Source of the DNA: Paraspadella gotoi
Taxonomy: Eukaryota > Animalia > Chaetognatha
Reading direction: 5' to 3'
Assembly (NCBI GenBank): GCA_051294375.1
Contig: CM119266.1
Coordinates: 473,132 to 537,131 of the forward strand
Length of the DNA stretch: 64,000 bases
Shown here one piece after another: positions 1-12,187 of this stretch; positions within the stretch are counted from its first letter, which is position 1, and each line of letters begins with the position of its first letter. The translations under genes were made by a program, and so were the position numbers. The notes under the pieces were generated by a model. That model did no database searches. It saw nothing but the letters and a program-made list of their open reading frames with translations, and was not told the DNA's origin.

Positions 1-2653
1 TCAAGGCCCTCGATGTTGCAATATCCATGCTGCTTGAAGTATCTCGCTACGAGTCCAGTTCCGCAGCAAACGTCAAGGATTCGGACGTTTTTGTCGAAAT
101 TAAGGTGAAGGAAATAATCTAAAGCCCAAAGCGGCGCCTAGAATAATTTAAATTGCTATTTTTATTCACAGCAATCATAACATAAGAATTGCATTCACAA
201 GCTATAGCGTTAAAGTTCCTCTTACTTTGTAACCAACGGATAATATTTCAGCATCGTAGTCGTCACCGTTCCACTTTTCATAAAACTGAGAAGGTTGAAC
301 AATTGTTTAAATTTTTATAAAATTAATACTATATAGATATTGAAAATAAGCCAAAGAACCGCAGTGTTTTGTTGTGTAACGTTAGTCCGTACATACTTGT
401 TGCGATTCTTTCCAATCGATCCCTTTTTTCTGCGCCAGGGAAACATTGAGGAAAGCGTCATCTCTGGAAATAAAGAGTTGCAATAAAGCAATGAATCAAA
501 TCAATGGATAAAACAATTAATCAAAAATTCAAACAATCAAAAACTACGGATACAAACAATTGAAAAATTACTAAAACAATCAATCCATAAATACATTCAT
601 GTGCAAGAAAAACGCGACACCTATATCAGCCGTTAAAAATTACCCTTTATACTCTGATTTTTAAAAAAAAATTATAAATAAATCGAAATTTATTAAAATA
701 TAAAAAAGTTTGTATAAATTTTATAAATATCAGGTTATCGATTATCCAGCAATGAATTTTTTAAAATAAAATTCTTTACAGATAAGCTTGTGGACATAAA
801 AAAAAATATTTATTTAAAACTAATTTTATTTTTAATTTCTTTTTTTATGGATTAAAAATAATAAAAAATCACACTGGACATCCGTAGAGATAGCTAGACA
901 ACTCGATTAATCTAATAATCTATGTTGTACACATTAGCATTTTATCGCTTATGGTGAAGAGACAGTAATTATTGATAAGTGTTAATGACAGAGACCGTTC
1001 AATATAAGCAGTAGCCGGAACAGGTTGAAAACTAGAAGTTCTCTCTCAAATAAATAATGTATAAAGTGACCTGTTAAGTAAGAATATGAAAAATAAAAAA
1101 TAATTTTAATTAAATTATCTTATTAATAAGTCTCGCGGCATAGCGACAGCATTTAAAAGGATTATTTTTATTACTATATAAACCCTGTAATATTTTTTTT
1201 GAATTTTCAATTTTTTCTAATGGATTCCTGAATAGAGCTTTAAAAGGTTAGATAAATAGGTTATTAATACAACAATTTTAAAATTCTTTTTGTTTTTAAT
1301 TGATAAAAATTTTTAAAAAACTTAATTTAATCGGCCAATGATGAAGTGAAGATCGATGATTTTTTAACGTTTTTTCTGTTTTTAACACGCAATTTCTTGT
1401 CGCAAAATTTTTTAAGAATTGTAGTAACTAACTTTTCAATTTAACTTTTCAAGCTCTAATACGAACGAATCCGTTCCTTAAAACAGATTCCCACAATTTT
1501 TTTTAAAAAAATTTTTGTCATTTGTTATATATTAAATTAAATATTTAAAAAGCTTCAGTGCACCAACCCAATGAACTACGATTCATTAAAAGTTACAATT
1601 GATAAATCGATTCTTAGTAGATAGAAGCGAAAAAAAGGTAATTTTATTTTTGAGAGAATTAAAAGTTATAAAAAGTGTTCAATTGGCACCGCTTCAATAA
1701 GCAGTCCCTGAGCTTCGGATCAGGCTGTAACACGATGTTAACTGCAGACGACCACCGGGCTAGAACCCCGGACCTTTGGTTTGGGAGGCGAATGACTTGC
1801 CTCCGGCACCAATGGCCGCTGATGAACGGTTGGTGGATTTTAGTCCACCATACATCCCCCCCTCCCGTAGGGAGAAGTCTGTTGCGTCTCTTCAGTGAAT
1901 TGTTGTTGGTGGAAAGTTCGTCACCAAGTTGAGGCATGTCGCCTGATGTGTTGTGGGCGGAAAGTGCATCGCCAGGTTGAGGCATGTCGCCTGAAAGTGT
2001 TGTTGTTGCTGTTGTGTTCGGAAGTCGGGCTCACCAATGAAGAGACAGTAATTATTGATAAGTGTTAATGACAGAACCGTTCAATATAAGCAGTCCCTGA
2101 GCTTCGGATCAGGCTGTAACACGATGTTACAGCGGGTTTAAGCGCCCCGTCCCTCTTAACTGCCAGACGACCACCGGGCTAGAACCCCGGACCTTTGGGT
2201 TGGGAAGCGAATGACTTGCCTCCGGCACTAATGGCCCGCTGATGAACGGTTGGTGGATTTTAGTCCACCATAATGGTTAATAAAGTATTGTATTTTTTTT
2301 GCATATGTGTATACTTGTAATAACCCTTTTTTACTTATGATTATAACTTTCATTTACTTATATTTATATTACATTCGTTTTTTGCAGTAATTTTAAGCGG
2401 AAAATATTTTATTTTTGACAAGGAATTTAATTTAATTCATTAAAATGCTGATGAAGGCTTGGATTTCTAAAGCCGAAACATGTCCGTTAATGAATTAAAT
2501 GAAATTCCTTGTCAACACTCAAATCTTTTCCGCTAAACTTTCGAAATAATACTTCAAAATCGGTTTCACTCATTCTTACTTTGGGATCCGCTTTTCCCGA
2601 ATTTCTTCGAAGTCTTGCGTTACGTCTCGTCCGATTTGAGCGATGACTGGCAT
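1..2653 (-). CDS. METTL27: Class I SAM-dependent methyltransferase, METTL27/WBSCR27-like (5' part; continues beyond window start)
   Basis: Four in-phase GT-AG exons (2653-2580, 463-397, 285-226, 137-1) splice to MPVIAQIGRDVTQDFEEIREKRIPK-DDAFLNVSLAQKKGIDWKESQQ-FYEKWNGDDYDAEILSVGYK-APLWALDYFLHLNFDKNVRILDVCCGTGLVARYFKQHGYCNIEGL. Motif I (ILDVCCGTG) and the FYxxWxxDYD...YxAP segment resemble METTL27. The orthology call is from recall. Confidence 0.85.
1693..1850 (-). mobile_element. tRNA-derived SINE-like repeat, copy A (internal deletion of about 28 bp)
   Basis: Near-identical to 2085-2270. The minus strand has a tRNA-like head: acceptor GCGGCCA/TGGTCGT, T-arm CCGGG-GTTCTAG-CCCGG, CCC anticodon-like loop. 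Confidence 0.55.
2041..2270 (-). mobile_element. tRNA-derived SINE-like repeat, copy B
   Basis: Same tRNA-like head as 1693-1850. Its 3' part (gagacagtaattattgataagtgttaatgacag...caatataagcagt) recurs at about 958-1013. Confidence 0.55.
2352..2535 (+). mobile_element. Minimal Penelope-like insertion: inverted arms around one hammerhead core
   Basis: Inverted arms 2415-2447 and 2485-2515, extending outward to gcggaaaa/ttttccgc. Possible 7-bp TSD aactttc at 2345-2351 and 2536-2542. Confidence 0.6.
2440..2495 (+). ncRNA. Type I minimal hammerhead ribozyme motif
   Basis: CTGATGA at 2448, stem II ggctt...aagcc, GAAAC, palindromic ACATGT stem III, GUC cleavage triplet ending at 2484, stem I pairing on both sides. 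Confidence 0.8.
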
Positions 2654-3467
2654 CTGGCGGTCAAAGAACAAAAATTTATGAGTTGTTCTTTTACTTTTGG
2701 CATTCGGATTTTAGAGGAGTTTACAAAGTTCATTTAAAAGTAAAATAAATAAAAAATTCATATTCATATCTCGCAAATTCGCAGGGCGCACCCGGTATAA
2801 ATGAAATATGTCGTCCTTACCTTTTGTTTTTTAATTTTTAAAAATTTGTAAAAATATTTATCCAAATAGTAAAGAAATAAACTCAACGATCAAAGACGTA
2901 AGGACGAAAGCCGAGTCCCTCCCTCCGATGCCCTTTTTATAGCTCGTATCCGGGATCGCGGAGTCGGTGACGAAACGGCCGGCGCCGCAGCGGCCGCTTC
3001 CGCAGCCTCTCAAGTAGAGGTCGCCTAACTCAGTAAAGTGGTTAAGAAATTTGAATTAAGCACCTGCTCAAACGAAAATTGAGACATTTTTAAAACAATT
3101 TGAATAGGCAAAAAATTGTAATATTACTCCATACCATATATATTAATTTTTTAATATTTATTTATAAATAGGAAAGGCCAAAATTTTTTTAAAGATTTTG
3201 TTATATTAAGATCAGTTTCAGGTAGCTTGCAAAAAGTTGTCTACACTAAGTATAATTCTTTTCCAATATTTTGATCATAAGTGGGTGAAAAATATGAAAA
3301 ACTACTAATAATCATTATCATCATCATCTTTCGATAATTTTATAATTTTTCTTAATTTTCACCAAGAAAACAAATTTTTTTGAAAGTTGTTGTCATATTT
3401 TTTATTAACTTTTTATGCTCTATTTCATCAAAAAAGTTAAGATTGATTAATTTTTTTTTTGTTTCAT

Positions 3468-5549
3468 TATATAGTAGACCTTGCCATATATGAAAAGTTT
3501 TGAAGTCAAAAAACGAGTATTTGTGTAAAAGGTGCCCATACATCATATGAATTTTTTGAACATTTTTTTTCAAAAAAAAATTTACAGTAAATGCTGCCAA
3601 CTTTGAAAAAAATGAAAAAAAATGGTAAAAAATGGACTTTTTGCTAAATATCTTTAAAAGCTTTATTGCGAGAGGGACGAAACCCAAACTATCTTATAGA
3701 GTGGAAAAATTGACTATGTTACATACCTTGCATTATAAATTAAGTGAATTTTTTACTAAGTAAAATTTTTTATAACTTATTGTTTTGGGCAATTTTTGAT
3801 AAAAATTTTTAAAAATGATATTTTTAACAAAGTTCGTGAAATATTTTGTAAAAAAAATTACGGCGAATTGAATAAAGAAATAATTGCCTTTGTTTTGCTG
3901 AAAGAATTTTTTAAAAAAGGATTATCGGTTAAAAATTATAATTTTTTTAAATTTAAAAAAAATCACTTTCCTTAATAATTATTTTTATTTTAATAGGTTT
4001 GAACTAGGCTAAAGGTAAAAAGGGAATGTACTTTTCTCAGAGTAAATAAAAAAATAGTAAATTCTGATTTGACAATGGGTAACTTTAATATTTTGTCTCA
4101 CCAGGTCATTAAAGTTTTTTTTAAATTTTTATCATTTTATAATGGAATTATGACTTTTAAATAAGGTAGTTTTTTTATTTTTTTCTTATAAAAATATAAA
4201 GAAAAATTGACAAAAGCGATTAAATGATTAAAAATAGATAAAAATAAGAACAAAGAGTAAAATTAATGAAAGTTAAATAACTGAAAAAAGAGTTGCTTGC
4301 AGCTTGCCAGTCGAGAAAAAAAAGGTATAGTGCCAAAGAAAGAAAACTAGTTATTCTATTTTTTTGTTATCTATTCAAGATTTATAGTTAATAATTAAGT
4401 CTATTGTAAATAGTCGATTTAGTTTTGAAATAAATATAATTTTTCATTCATCTTTGATTTTTTTCATTTCATATCTTTTATAGTTGATGAATTTATCAAC
4501 AAGGTCGGATCTATTCTTAAATTAATCAAGCAAGCTTAATATATTTTTCCAAGTCTTTTACAACCTTTGATTAAGCAATATATTTAACACAAATTATAAT
4601 TCAACTCAGTTCTGGAGAACTAGCTTAGACAAAGTAATTTATGAAAAAAATAGAATAGCTAGTTTTCTTACTTTGGCACTCTAGATGATGATTTTTTTTT
4701 TCTCGATCGGTAAGCAGCAAGCAACTCTTCTCTCAGTTGCTTAACTTTCATTAATTTTACTCTTTTTGTCTCATTTTATCAATTTTTAATCATTTAATCG
4801 CTTTTGTCAATTTTTCTTTTTCTTTTATAAAGAAAAATTAAAAAAACTACCTTATTTAAAAGTCATAATTCCATTATAAAATGATAAAAATTTAAAAAAA
4901 CTTTTAATGACCTGGTTAGACAAAATATTAAATTTACCCATTGTCAAATCAGAAATTACTCTTTTTTTATTTACTCTGAGAAAAGTGCATTCCCTTTTTC
5001 CCTTTAGCCTAGTTCAAACCTATTAAATAAAAATAATTATTAAGGAAAGTGATTTTTTTTTAATTTAAAAAAATTATAACTTTTTAACTGATAATCTTTT
5101 TTTAAAAATTCTTTCAGCAAAACAAAGGCAATTATTTCTTTATTTAATTCGCCGTAATTTTTTTTACAAAATATTTCACAAACATTGTTAAAAATATCAT
5201 TTTTTAAAAATTTTATCAAAAATTGCCCAAAACAATAGGTTTTAAAAAAAATTTTTCTTAGTAAAAAATTCACTTAATTTATAATGCGAGGTTTGTAACA
5301 TGGTCAATTTTTTCCGCTCTACAAGATAGTTTGGGTTTTGTCCCTCTAGCAATAAAGCTTTTAAAGATATTTAGCAAAGTGTCCATTTTTTACCATTTTT
5401 TTTCATTTTTTTCAAAGTTGGCAGCATTTACTGTAAAATTTTTTTTGAAAAAAAATGTTCAAAAAATTCATATGATGTATGGGCACCTTTTACACAATAC
5501 TCGTTTTTTGATTTCAAAACTTTTCATATATGGCAAGGTCTATTATATA
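3468..5549. mobile_element. Non-autonomous foldback/large MITE-like element with ~900-bp terminal inverted repeats
   Basis: 3468-~4365 is the reverse complement of ~4644-5549, with termini tatagtagaccttgcc / ggcaaggtctattata and a ~280-bp spacer. The arms differ mainly by substitutions. ORFs 3352-3687(-) and 5331-5561(+) are mirror images of each other. Confidence 0.75.
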
Positions 5550-5700
5550 GTATTATTGTAATTTTGATAGTAACAATAAAAGCATTAAAATTGAACTTTT
5601 TTTAAAAATTCTTTTTTTACCTGAAAGTAGACTTCAAGACTATTGAATTTAATTTCATAGTAGAATTCTATTTCAAGGCAAGTCTCAAGTCTACTATTTT

Positions 5701-5760
5701 AGACAGCTTTGAGAGTGAGGTAGTCCCTTGTTGGACGAATGCCTTACAAGTCAAGTCAAG
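5701..5760 (+). mobile_element. 3'-terminal fragment of the RTE-like LINE family
   Basis: agacagctttgagagtgaggtagtcccttgttggacgaatgccttacaagtcaagtcaag matches the reverse complement of 62130-62190, including the (CAAGT)n tail. Confidence 0.75.
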
Positions 5761-6058
5761 CCGCTTCAGCCGCTTCAGCCGCCGGCGACACAGCTGCAGT
5801 CTCTGCCACGACCTTCGAAATTCACCCAGTTTAACCCATTTAATAACTAAAAAATGAGTGCCCGTCGCCGAAGCATCAATATTTCTTACTTATTTTTTTT
5901 CCCGGGAAGATTGTTGGGAAATAAGCGATAATAGATTTGAAAAGCGAATCCATGTTAAAAATTCAGAAGCAATCGAAAAACAAAAGAGCAAACAGCCCAT
6001 ATCAAATTGTAAAGAAATCATTAGAGGAAAACACTGCGAAAAAAAGTAAGAGAAAGAG

Positions 6059-6105
<47 letters not shown>

Positions 6106-6459
6106 AAAATGGAAAGATATAAAAATCAAAGCTTTTTTTTTTTAAATCGAAAAACCCGTTAGAGTAATAATTCCTTACCTCCCGACGACTTCGATCGCCG
6201 ATCTTCCTGAATGGAATTGCACGCCGAGATCGAGTGATCGAAAGTCCCTGGACCAGCGAATCAGATTCTCAGTGTCAAAACTTCGACGAAAGCGTTTCTT
6301 AAAGCGAACGTTTAAAGTTCAAAGTTTAAAAGGATTGAGTAACTTTATTGTTGGAGGGTTGGAGGGAGAAGCTTTTCTCCGAAGTAAGACACTGCACAAT
6401 AATATCTAGATTTGCGTATGAGCTAAATCAATCTCAAGATATTGAATTAAAAGAAATCT

Positions 6460-7010
6460 ACAAGTACTTTGTACTTAAAATATAATATGAACTTACTCGA
6501 CTTGGCCCAATTGGAAGAGAGATGAGGACGGTAAAAGAGAGAAGAATATAAAGAAAAAAAAGGATACCAGACCTTAGAGATAAATAGTAGGAGAAAACTT
6601 TGAAAATACATACGCATGTCAAGCATTTGAAAAAATAGTTGTGTGGAATAATTTGGAAAGAAATCAGAATGAATATAAGGAGAAGAAATTTTAGCAAAAG
6701 AATAAAAGATAAAACTTTATTCAAAAATAATCTGACGTTGAGGAGGCACACTTTTTTGATCCGAGTATTACAGAGATATGAGTAAAACATGAGTAAACCA
6801 CTTCATTGATAGGGAAGCCAGGTACTCTGGGAGTGAATAAACGAGACTGTGAGAGAGTCTTGATAGAAAGCTTGCAGGGACCTGCTATGTCATTATCTTG
6901 TAAGAGTGATGGAGGCCTTAAACCACCAAAGCCTGTCCAAAGTCAGGGGCAAGATAGCTTATTTATTAAATGAATGGATAATTTTTATATTGGTTGTACC
7001 AATTTCATAA
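6460..7010 (+). mobile_element. Degenerate 3' end of a second retroposon family; terminal ~140 bp repeated through the window
   Basis: 6870-7010 (gcttgcagggacctgc...ttggttgtaccaatttcataa) recurs at 22766-22906 (+), 18345-18485 (-), 30383-30500 (-) and 31143-31212 (-). The copies share the same 3' end and have variable 5' truncation. Confidence 0.6.
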
Positions 7011-7406
7011 ATGAGTTCAATGTAAGAAAAAAAGACCGGTAATTCAAATGTGTTGCGCCGGAGTGACTGCTTTATATGAAGTGACTAAATGACTACAATA
7101 ACTTTCTTAGCGTGTGTATTTATGATACGCACTGCATCGGAATTTCGTGTTTTATTCCTTTTAGGATTTCCTAAAGGCGGCGATATGTTTGCAATCTGTT
7201 TATGTTTGATATGTTTGATTTTACTCTCACATCAGATTTTAAACTTTGCGAAACAAAAAAAATTGTTATTGTATTTCCTCTAAAACAACGAACTTTCGAA
7301 CGACTGAAAATTTCAACGGACGATCATATTTTTTTTGCCTATGAAGGAATTTTTCTCGTCAAAATTGGATATGTATCCTTCCGAAAATTTATTAAAGAGA
7401 ATAAAA

Positions 7407-8123
7407 AACAAGTTTGAGCAAACAATGTCGGATCTGCCCACGATAATTATCGGTATATTAATTAATTAATTCAAGTTAATTAATTATTTAATTAAGCAAT
7501 TTGATGCGAAATGTTTGTTTTGATTGATTAATTGACTGATTAATTAATTATTTAATAATTAATTGATTAATTAACTGATTAATTGTTTGATTAATTAATA
7601 TATTTAAAAGAAAAAGAAAAAGAAGCATAATCAATTAGTTAAACAGATTCATTGTTTTTTCCATTTAAACTCATTTTCACTCAAACGATTCCATCGAAAC
7701 TTGATTTCCAGTTTAATCACACACTTTTCTACCCAAATACAAAATTTCAAGTCAATCGCCCCATCCACTCATGAGTATATGGTGTTCAAATAGTGAAATA
7801 TATTTTTTTGTTTTTTCTATTTAAACTTATTTCCACTCGGACGATTCTATCGAAACTTCATATCCAGCTCAATCACACACTTCCTCATTCCAATCCATCC
7901 AATCGCGAGTAATTGGTGTTTTTTGCTATGGTGGGACGGATGGACGGACAGATAGACAGACAGACAGACGGATGGACGGACATCGTTTTTTTGCATAATT
8001 TATCATAATTTAATGTTCTGACATGATATAAGTGAATGCCCGTCTAGATTGAGGGGGCGGACCGACGGACCGACAAAGTGAATTATAGAGTTGGGATCTG
8101 CTGAAAGCAGATCCGACTAAAAA
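7407..8123 (-). mobile_element. DINE-1/HINE-like (Helentron-associated) non-autonomous element
   Basis: Subterminal inverted repeat gtcggatctgc/gcagatccgac, terminal hairpin ggatctgctgaaagcagatcc and a (GACA/GACG)n microsatellite. The same start recurs at 21560 and, inverted, at about 19690. Confidence 0.6.
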
Positions 8124-8697
8124 TAATTTCAATTGTCAAACATACTTATGGAAAGAACTTAGCTCAAGCTTTATGATAAATAAAGCTTTACTAACTGTAC
8201 AATAAACAGCCTCTTCAGCGAAATTTCCTACATTAGTTCCTCGCCTGACGCAAAACCTGTTTTTCTCCTTTTCTTTTATGCAGTCAAATGCTGTCGTTAA
8301 CTGAAAAGACAAGTTTCGTCGCATGACCGACTAACACATTTTTTTCCGAAAATTTTTGTTGCGGATTTTTTTTTTCGTTTTGTTTTTTTTTTTTGGAAAC
8401 GTTTAGAATATAAGCCCTTAATTTCTTTTTTATCTCAGTAATTTAATTTATCAGTGTTTTGATGTATTACATGATCAACTATATTAAAGCATGCGACAAA
8501 AGAGTTTCAGACTGGACAGATAACCTTATTAAACTTAACCTTATTCATCTTATTTCTTGTAACCTCGACCTACTAATGTAAAAATAAATTTAAAATAAAT
8601 AGTAATCGGATCGTCTCCCGGATGTCGCTCAGGTTCATATCTTCTCGTTTTAATTTTTACTCAGTTACAGGTTTATCTCGCGATCTAATGGCGGCTC

Positions 8698-10142
8698 ATG
8701 GAGTCTGACAAAATGACCAATTCCGGAAGTCCATCTAGTATGCATAGATTTTTTCGCAAACACAGAGCGACGCTGACTTGTTGCGCCGCCTTCGTTCTAG
8801 GATATGTCATCGCCATATCTTTCCACAAACCGGGCGAAGTTCGCAAAACAAAAGGATTAGATCGAGGTCGTAACTCACGGACAGATGAGTTCGGTCGGAA
8901 CGGATCGACGGAGAGACGGAGCCTCGTGCCAAAAGAGGATGTTCAGGGTAAACGATCAAATGATCAAAAGAACACACTTTTCTGAAAAAACTGCAAATAA
9001 ATTAATGAAAAATTATTAAAACTAAACTTGAGAATAAATGTGTGGAAATTCTTACGATTCTCGTTTTGTTGATTTTGTTTCAAAGTTCAAACAAACATCG
9101 TTTTGCAGAGCGACCGCGTCAAAGATCGGACGTTGAACGTCAACTAAATATACAGAAATCAAAGACGGTAAAACCAGGTGAATAAATTACGCCTGAACAT
9201 AGATTTATATTTAAATTAAGAATAAAATAGCAGTTCAACGATTGGTCAATTGATTGATTGGTTGAATAATGGTTTGATTGATTGCTTGATTGATTGGTTT
9301 AAATGATTGATTCCTTTCGTCTCTTCATTTCATTTCAGACCCTCTCCGCCTTTCGATTTCTGGTGACCAAGAGGCTTCTTCCATCTCGGAACCAGTCAAA
9401 GGAAATTTCCGCACCCTGGCCATTTCCGGGGCCGAGTTTAGCGGAAATCGGACCCGCCAGTTTCCGGCGGAGCGCCGACGTTTCTCGGCCAAGGATCGAC
9501 CGGGCGTCAAGTGCGACGCGAGCGAACAGAGGGCCGAGAACCTTCCGGCGCCTCGATGCGGCGAGAATTGGGCGGTGATGACGACGGTGTTCACGCCGCC
9601 AACGGAGGCGGTGAGGCGGTTCCTCGGCTCGCCCGATTGGTGCCTCGTCGTCGTCGGCGACAAGGGAAAGCCAAAGGTGAGAACGAGGGTTTCTTGGTTC
9701 CGTCCCTTTGTTGGGTTTCCTTATTCAAAGATTCATATTTGCTGGTGAATCGTAATAAAACTAGAAAAGCGAGACAAATTTTACAATTTTACAATTTTTT
9801 TTTACGATTGAATACAAAAACAACTTGTACAAATACAAATAAGTAGAATAAGTTATGAATTACTATGCATATGAGATAGTAGACGATTTGTCGTCATGTC
9901 TGTTCAATTTATCTCACTTCAATACACCTAAATTATATCGTACTGAGTAATTTTCGTTAATAATTACTAGTAGCAGATTTTTGGTGGACATGTGATGTAC
10001 AGTTTTTATGCTATTAGGAGAAAAACAGTTTTGGTTTGACAACGATTTTTTGACATAATTAGCCAGACATGTTTCGGCTCAGTCAGTTAGAGCCTTCATC
10101 AGTGCTTTGACAATCAATATTGAAGTCTCTGTTTAAGTAAGT

Positions 10143-10179
<37 letters not shown>

Positions 10180-11937
10180 TTGAGGGAGAGTTTCCAACAA
10201 AGAATAAGGTAAGGGACAGTGGTCAGATGTGAGGACAGCTGAAGGTGAGGAGAGGGAAGAAGTAAGTCTTTGAAAAATGAAAAGAGAGTGGGAGAGAGAG
10301 AGAGAGAGAGAGAGAGCAAAGCAAAAATTAAACAATACATTTAGCAATGTACAACAGCACTGATGAAGGCTCTAACTGCCTGAGCCGAAACATGTCTGGC
10401 TAATTATGTCAAAAAATCGTTGTCAAACCAAAACTGTTTTTCTCCTAATACCTCAAAAAACAACGAAAAGAGAGTATATACATAATAGTTTTTATGCTTT
10501 ACTATTATATTGTGACGTGATCTCGATCTCATCTGATCTTGATCTTGACATGTCGACTTACTTAAATGGTAAAAATGAGGTATATAATATGCAAATTAGT
10601 TAAAAAACAATGATCAATCCAATATATAAAGTCAGAATTTCAGTTCCTTAGTATCTCCCTGCGTTTAGAATTACGTCTTCGAATCATCGTTGGGCGACAA
10701 CATCGTCTTCCTCTCGGACGAGGATCAAAAGTCAATACGCAACGCCTTCGTCGACGCCCTCCCCTGGCGCAACTTCGGCCGCAAAAACGTGGGCTATCTC
10801 TACGCGATCGCCCGCGGCGCCCGGGTCCTCTGGGACTTCGACGACGACAACCTGCTCAAGTTTTGGATGAAAGGCGCGGCGCCGGATCCCAACATGGATT
10901 TGGAGAGCTATATTAAGAGGCCAGAGCGTAAGTGTTGGAGGCATCGGAAGAGAGAGAGAGATGTTAGGGGGCGAATCCTGCGTAGTGTGCTCATAGCAGT
11001 GGCGGATTTACTAAAAGCCAAGTGCAGTTGTGCCACATGAGGGAGGTAGCCAAGCCTTTAATACAGCACTTAATCCAGAAAACACCGACGTTGTGCGAAT
11101 GATCTTTAGAGGAGTATGTCATCTTTAACAGCGTTTGAAGCATTGAATTGCACAATATTCCTTTCCAGATCCACCAAGTCTTTAGCGCAAGCAATGCTTG
11201 TCTTTTGTGGCAAGATCCAGACGAAGCCCACAAGTGAAAACTGATGAAAAGATTATTATCGAATAGACACGTGGTGAAATGTTTTATTTGTCAATGAAAT
11301 TAATATCAAATGATAAAAGTCCCGATGATGAGAGGAGAGAGAGAGAGAGAGAGGAGAGGAGGAGAGAGAAGAAGGAGAGAGAGAGAGACGAGAGAAGAGG
11401 AGACGAGGAGAGGAGAGAGAGAGAAAGTGAGCCGAAGTGAGAATATTGAGAGTTACTCCAGAGGAAAATAAAAAAATAAAATCGTGTTAGTGAAGAAAAA
11501 CATAGGTGAAAAAAATTATGTAAAAATTGAGTGCCTCTTTCGAATGACGATTTTTAAAGCGAAGCGTTCGCCACAAAAATTTAAAAAAAAAATGAAATAA
11601 GGAAAGTCCCGTTTGATAAAACGATTAACGTTTCCTTAGGCTTCGGCGTTGTGGAACCCGACCGTGCTGACGACGTATTCTCCTACAACCCTTACCCAAA
11701 CCTTGGCGCACCCGACTTCCCCACCTGGCCGCGCGGTCTCCCGCTTATCGACATCTTGAAGCGAGAGACATACAATCTCACGTTGCGACCCGTCGCCGGG
11801 GAGACGGTCAAGTTTGGCGTCCTGCAATCCCCGGCGGATGTGCAGCCGGACATCGACGCCATCTACCGGTTGACGAAAAAGACTCCGGTCAACTTCAAAC
11901 GTCCGGACGAAAGGGTCGTCGCTCCGTCGCTACAGGG
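8698..11937 (+). CDS. STELLO/DUF288-like glycosyltransferase, exons 1-5
   Basis: Exons 8698-8947, ~9109-9177, 9339-9676, 10669-10928 and 11640-11937. N-terminal type II TM (TLTCCAAFVLGYVIAISF). Motifs WAVMTTVFTPPTEAV, WCLVVVGDKGKP, FGRKNVGYLYAIARGA-WDFDDDN, YNPY, WPRGLPL and QSPADVQPDIDAIYRLT are typical of STELLO-like GTs. Confidence 0.85.
10060..10106 (-). ncRNA. Hammerhead ribozyme motif
   Basis: Reverse complement reads gca-CTGATGA-aggctc-taactgact-gagcc-GAAAC-ATGTC-tggct. Confidence 0.75.
10356..10401 (+). ncRNA. Hammerhead ribozyme motif (sense to the STELLO pre-mRNA)
   Basis: agca-CTGATGA-aggctc-taactgcct-gagcc-GAAAC-ATGTC-tggct. Confidence 0.75.
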
Positions 11938-12187
11938 TGAAACGGAAAAAAACTTCTTTTTTCTCTTTTTTTTTTTCGCCGAGTTTCGATTTTCTGCCGA
12001 CATTGTNNNNNNNNNNNNNNNNNNNNNNNNNAGGAGAGAGATAAATCATTGATTAATGATAATTAATGTAGTTGAAAGAATTTTAAAACTGCTGGGAATA
12101 TGCTGTTTATATGAATTGATTTTATTTGATTGATAATTTATTGATTGGTTGATTGACGATGATTGATTTATTTTATTCAAACTTAAG

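Larger units (their letters stand above)
10013..10486. mobile_element. Penelope-like non-autonomous element with inverted hammerhead-bearing arms, in STELLO intron 3
   Basis: Inverted arms of ~95 bp at 10012-10106 and 10356-10450, a ~36-nt tail on the right arm, and a 12-bp direct repeat agtttttatgct at 10001-10012 and 10487-10498. Confidence 0.8.

Noticed and set aside
10995-11260. hAT-like MITE starting cagtggcggattt in STELLO intron 4
   Set aside because: No matching right terminus or TSD was found.
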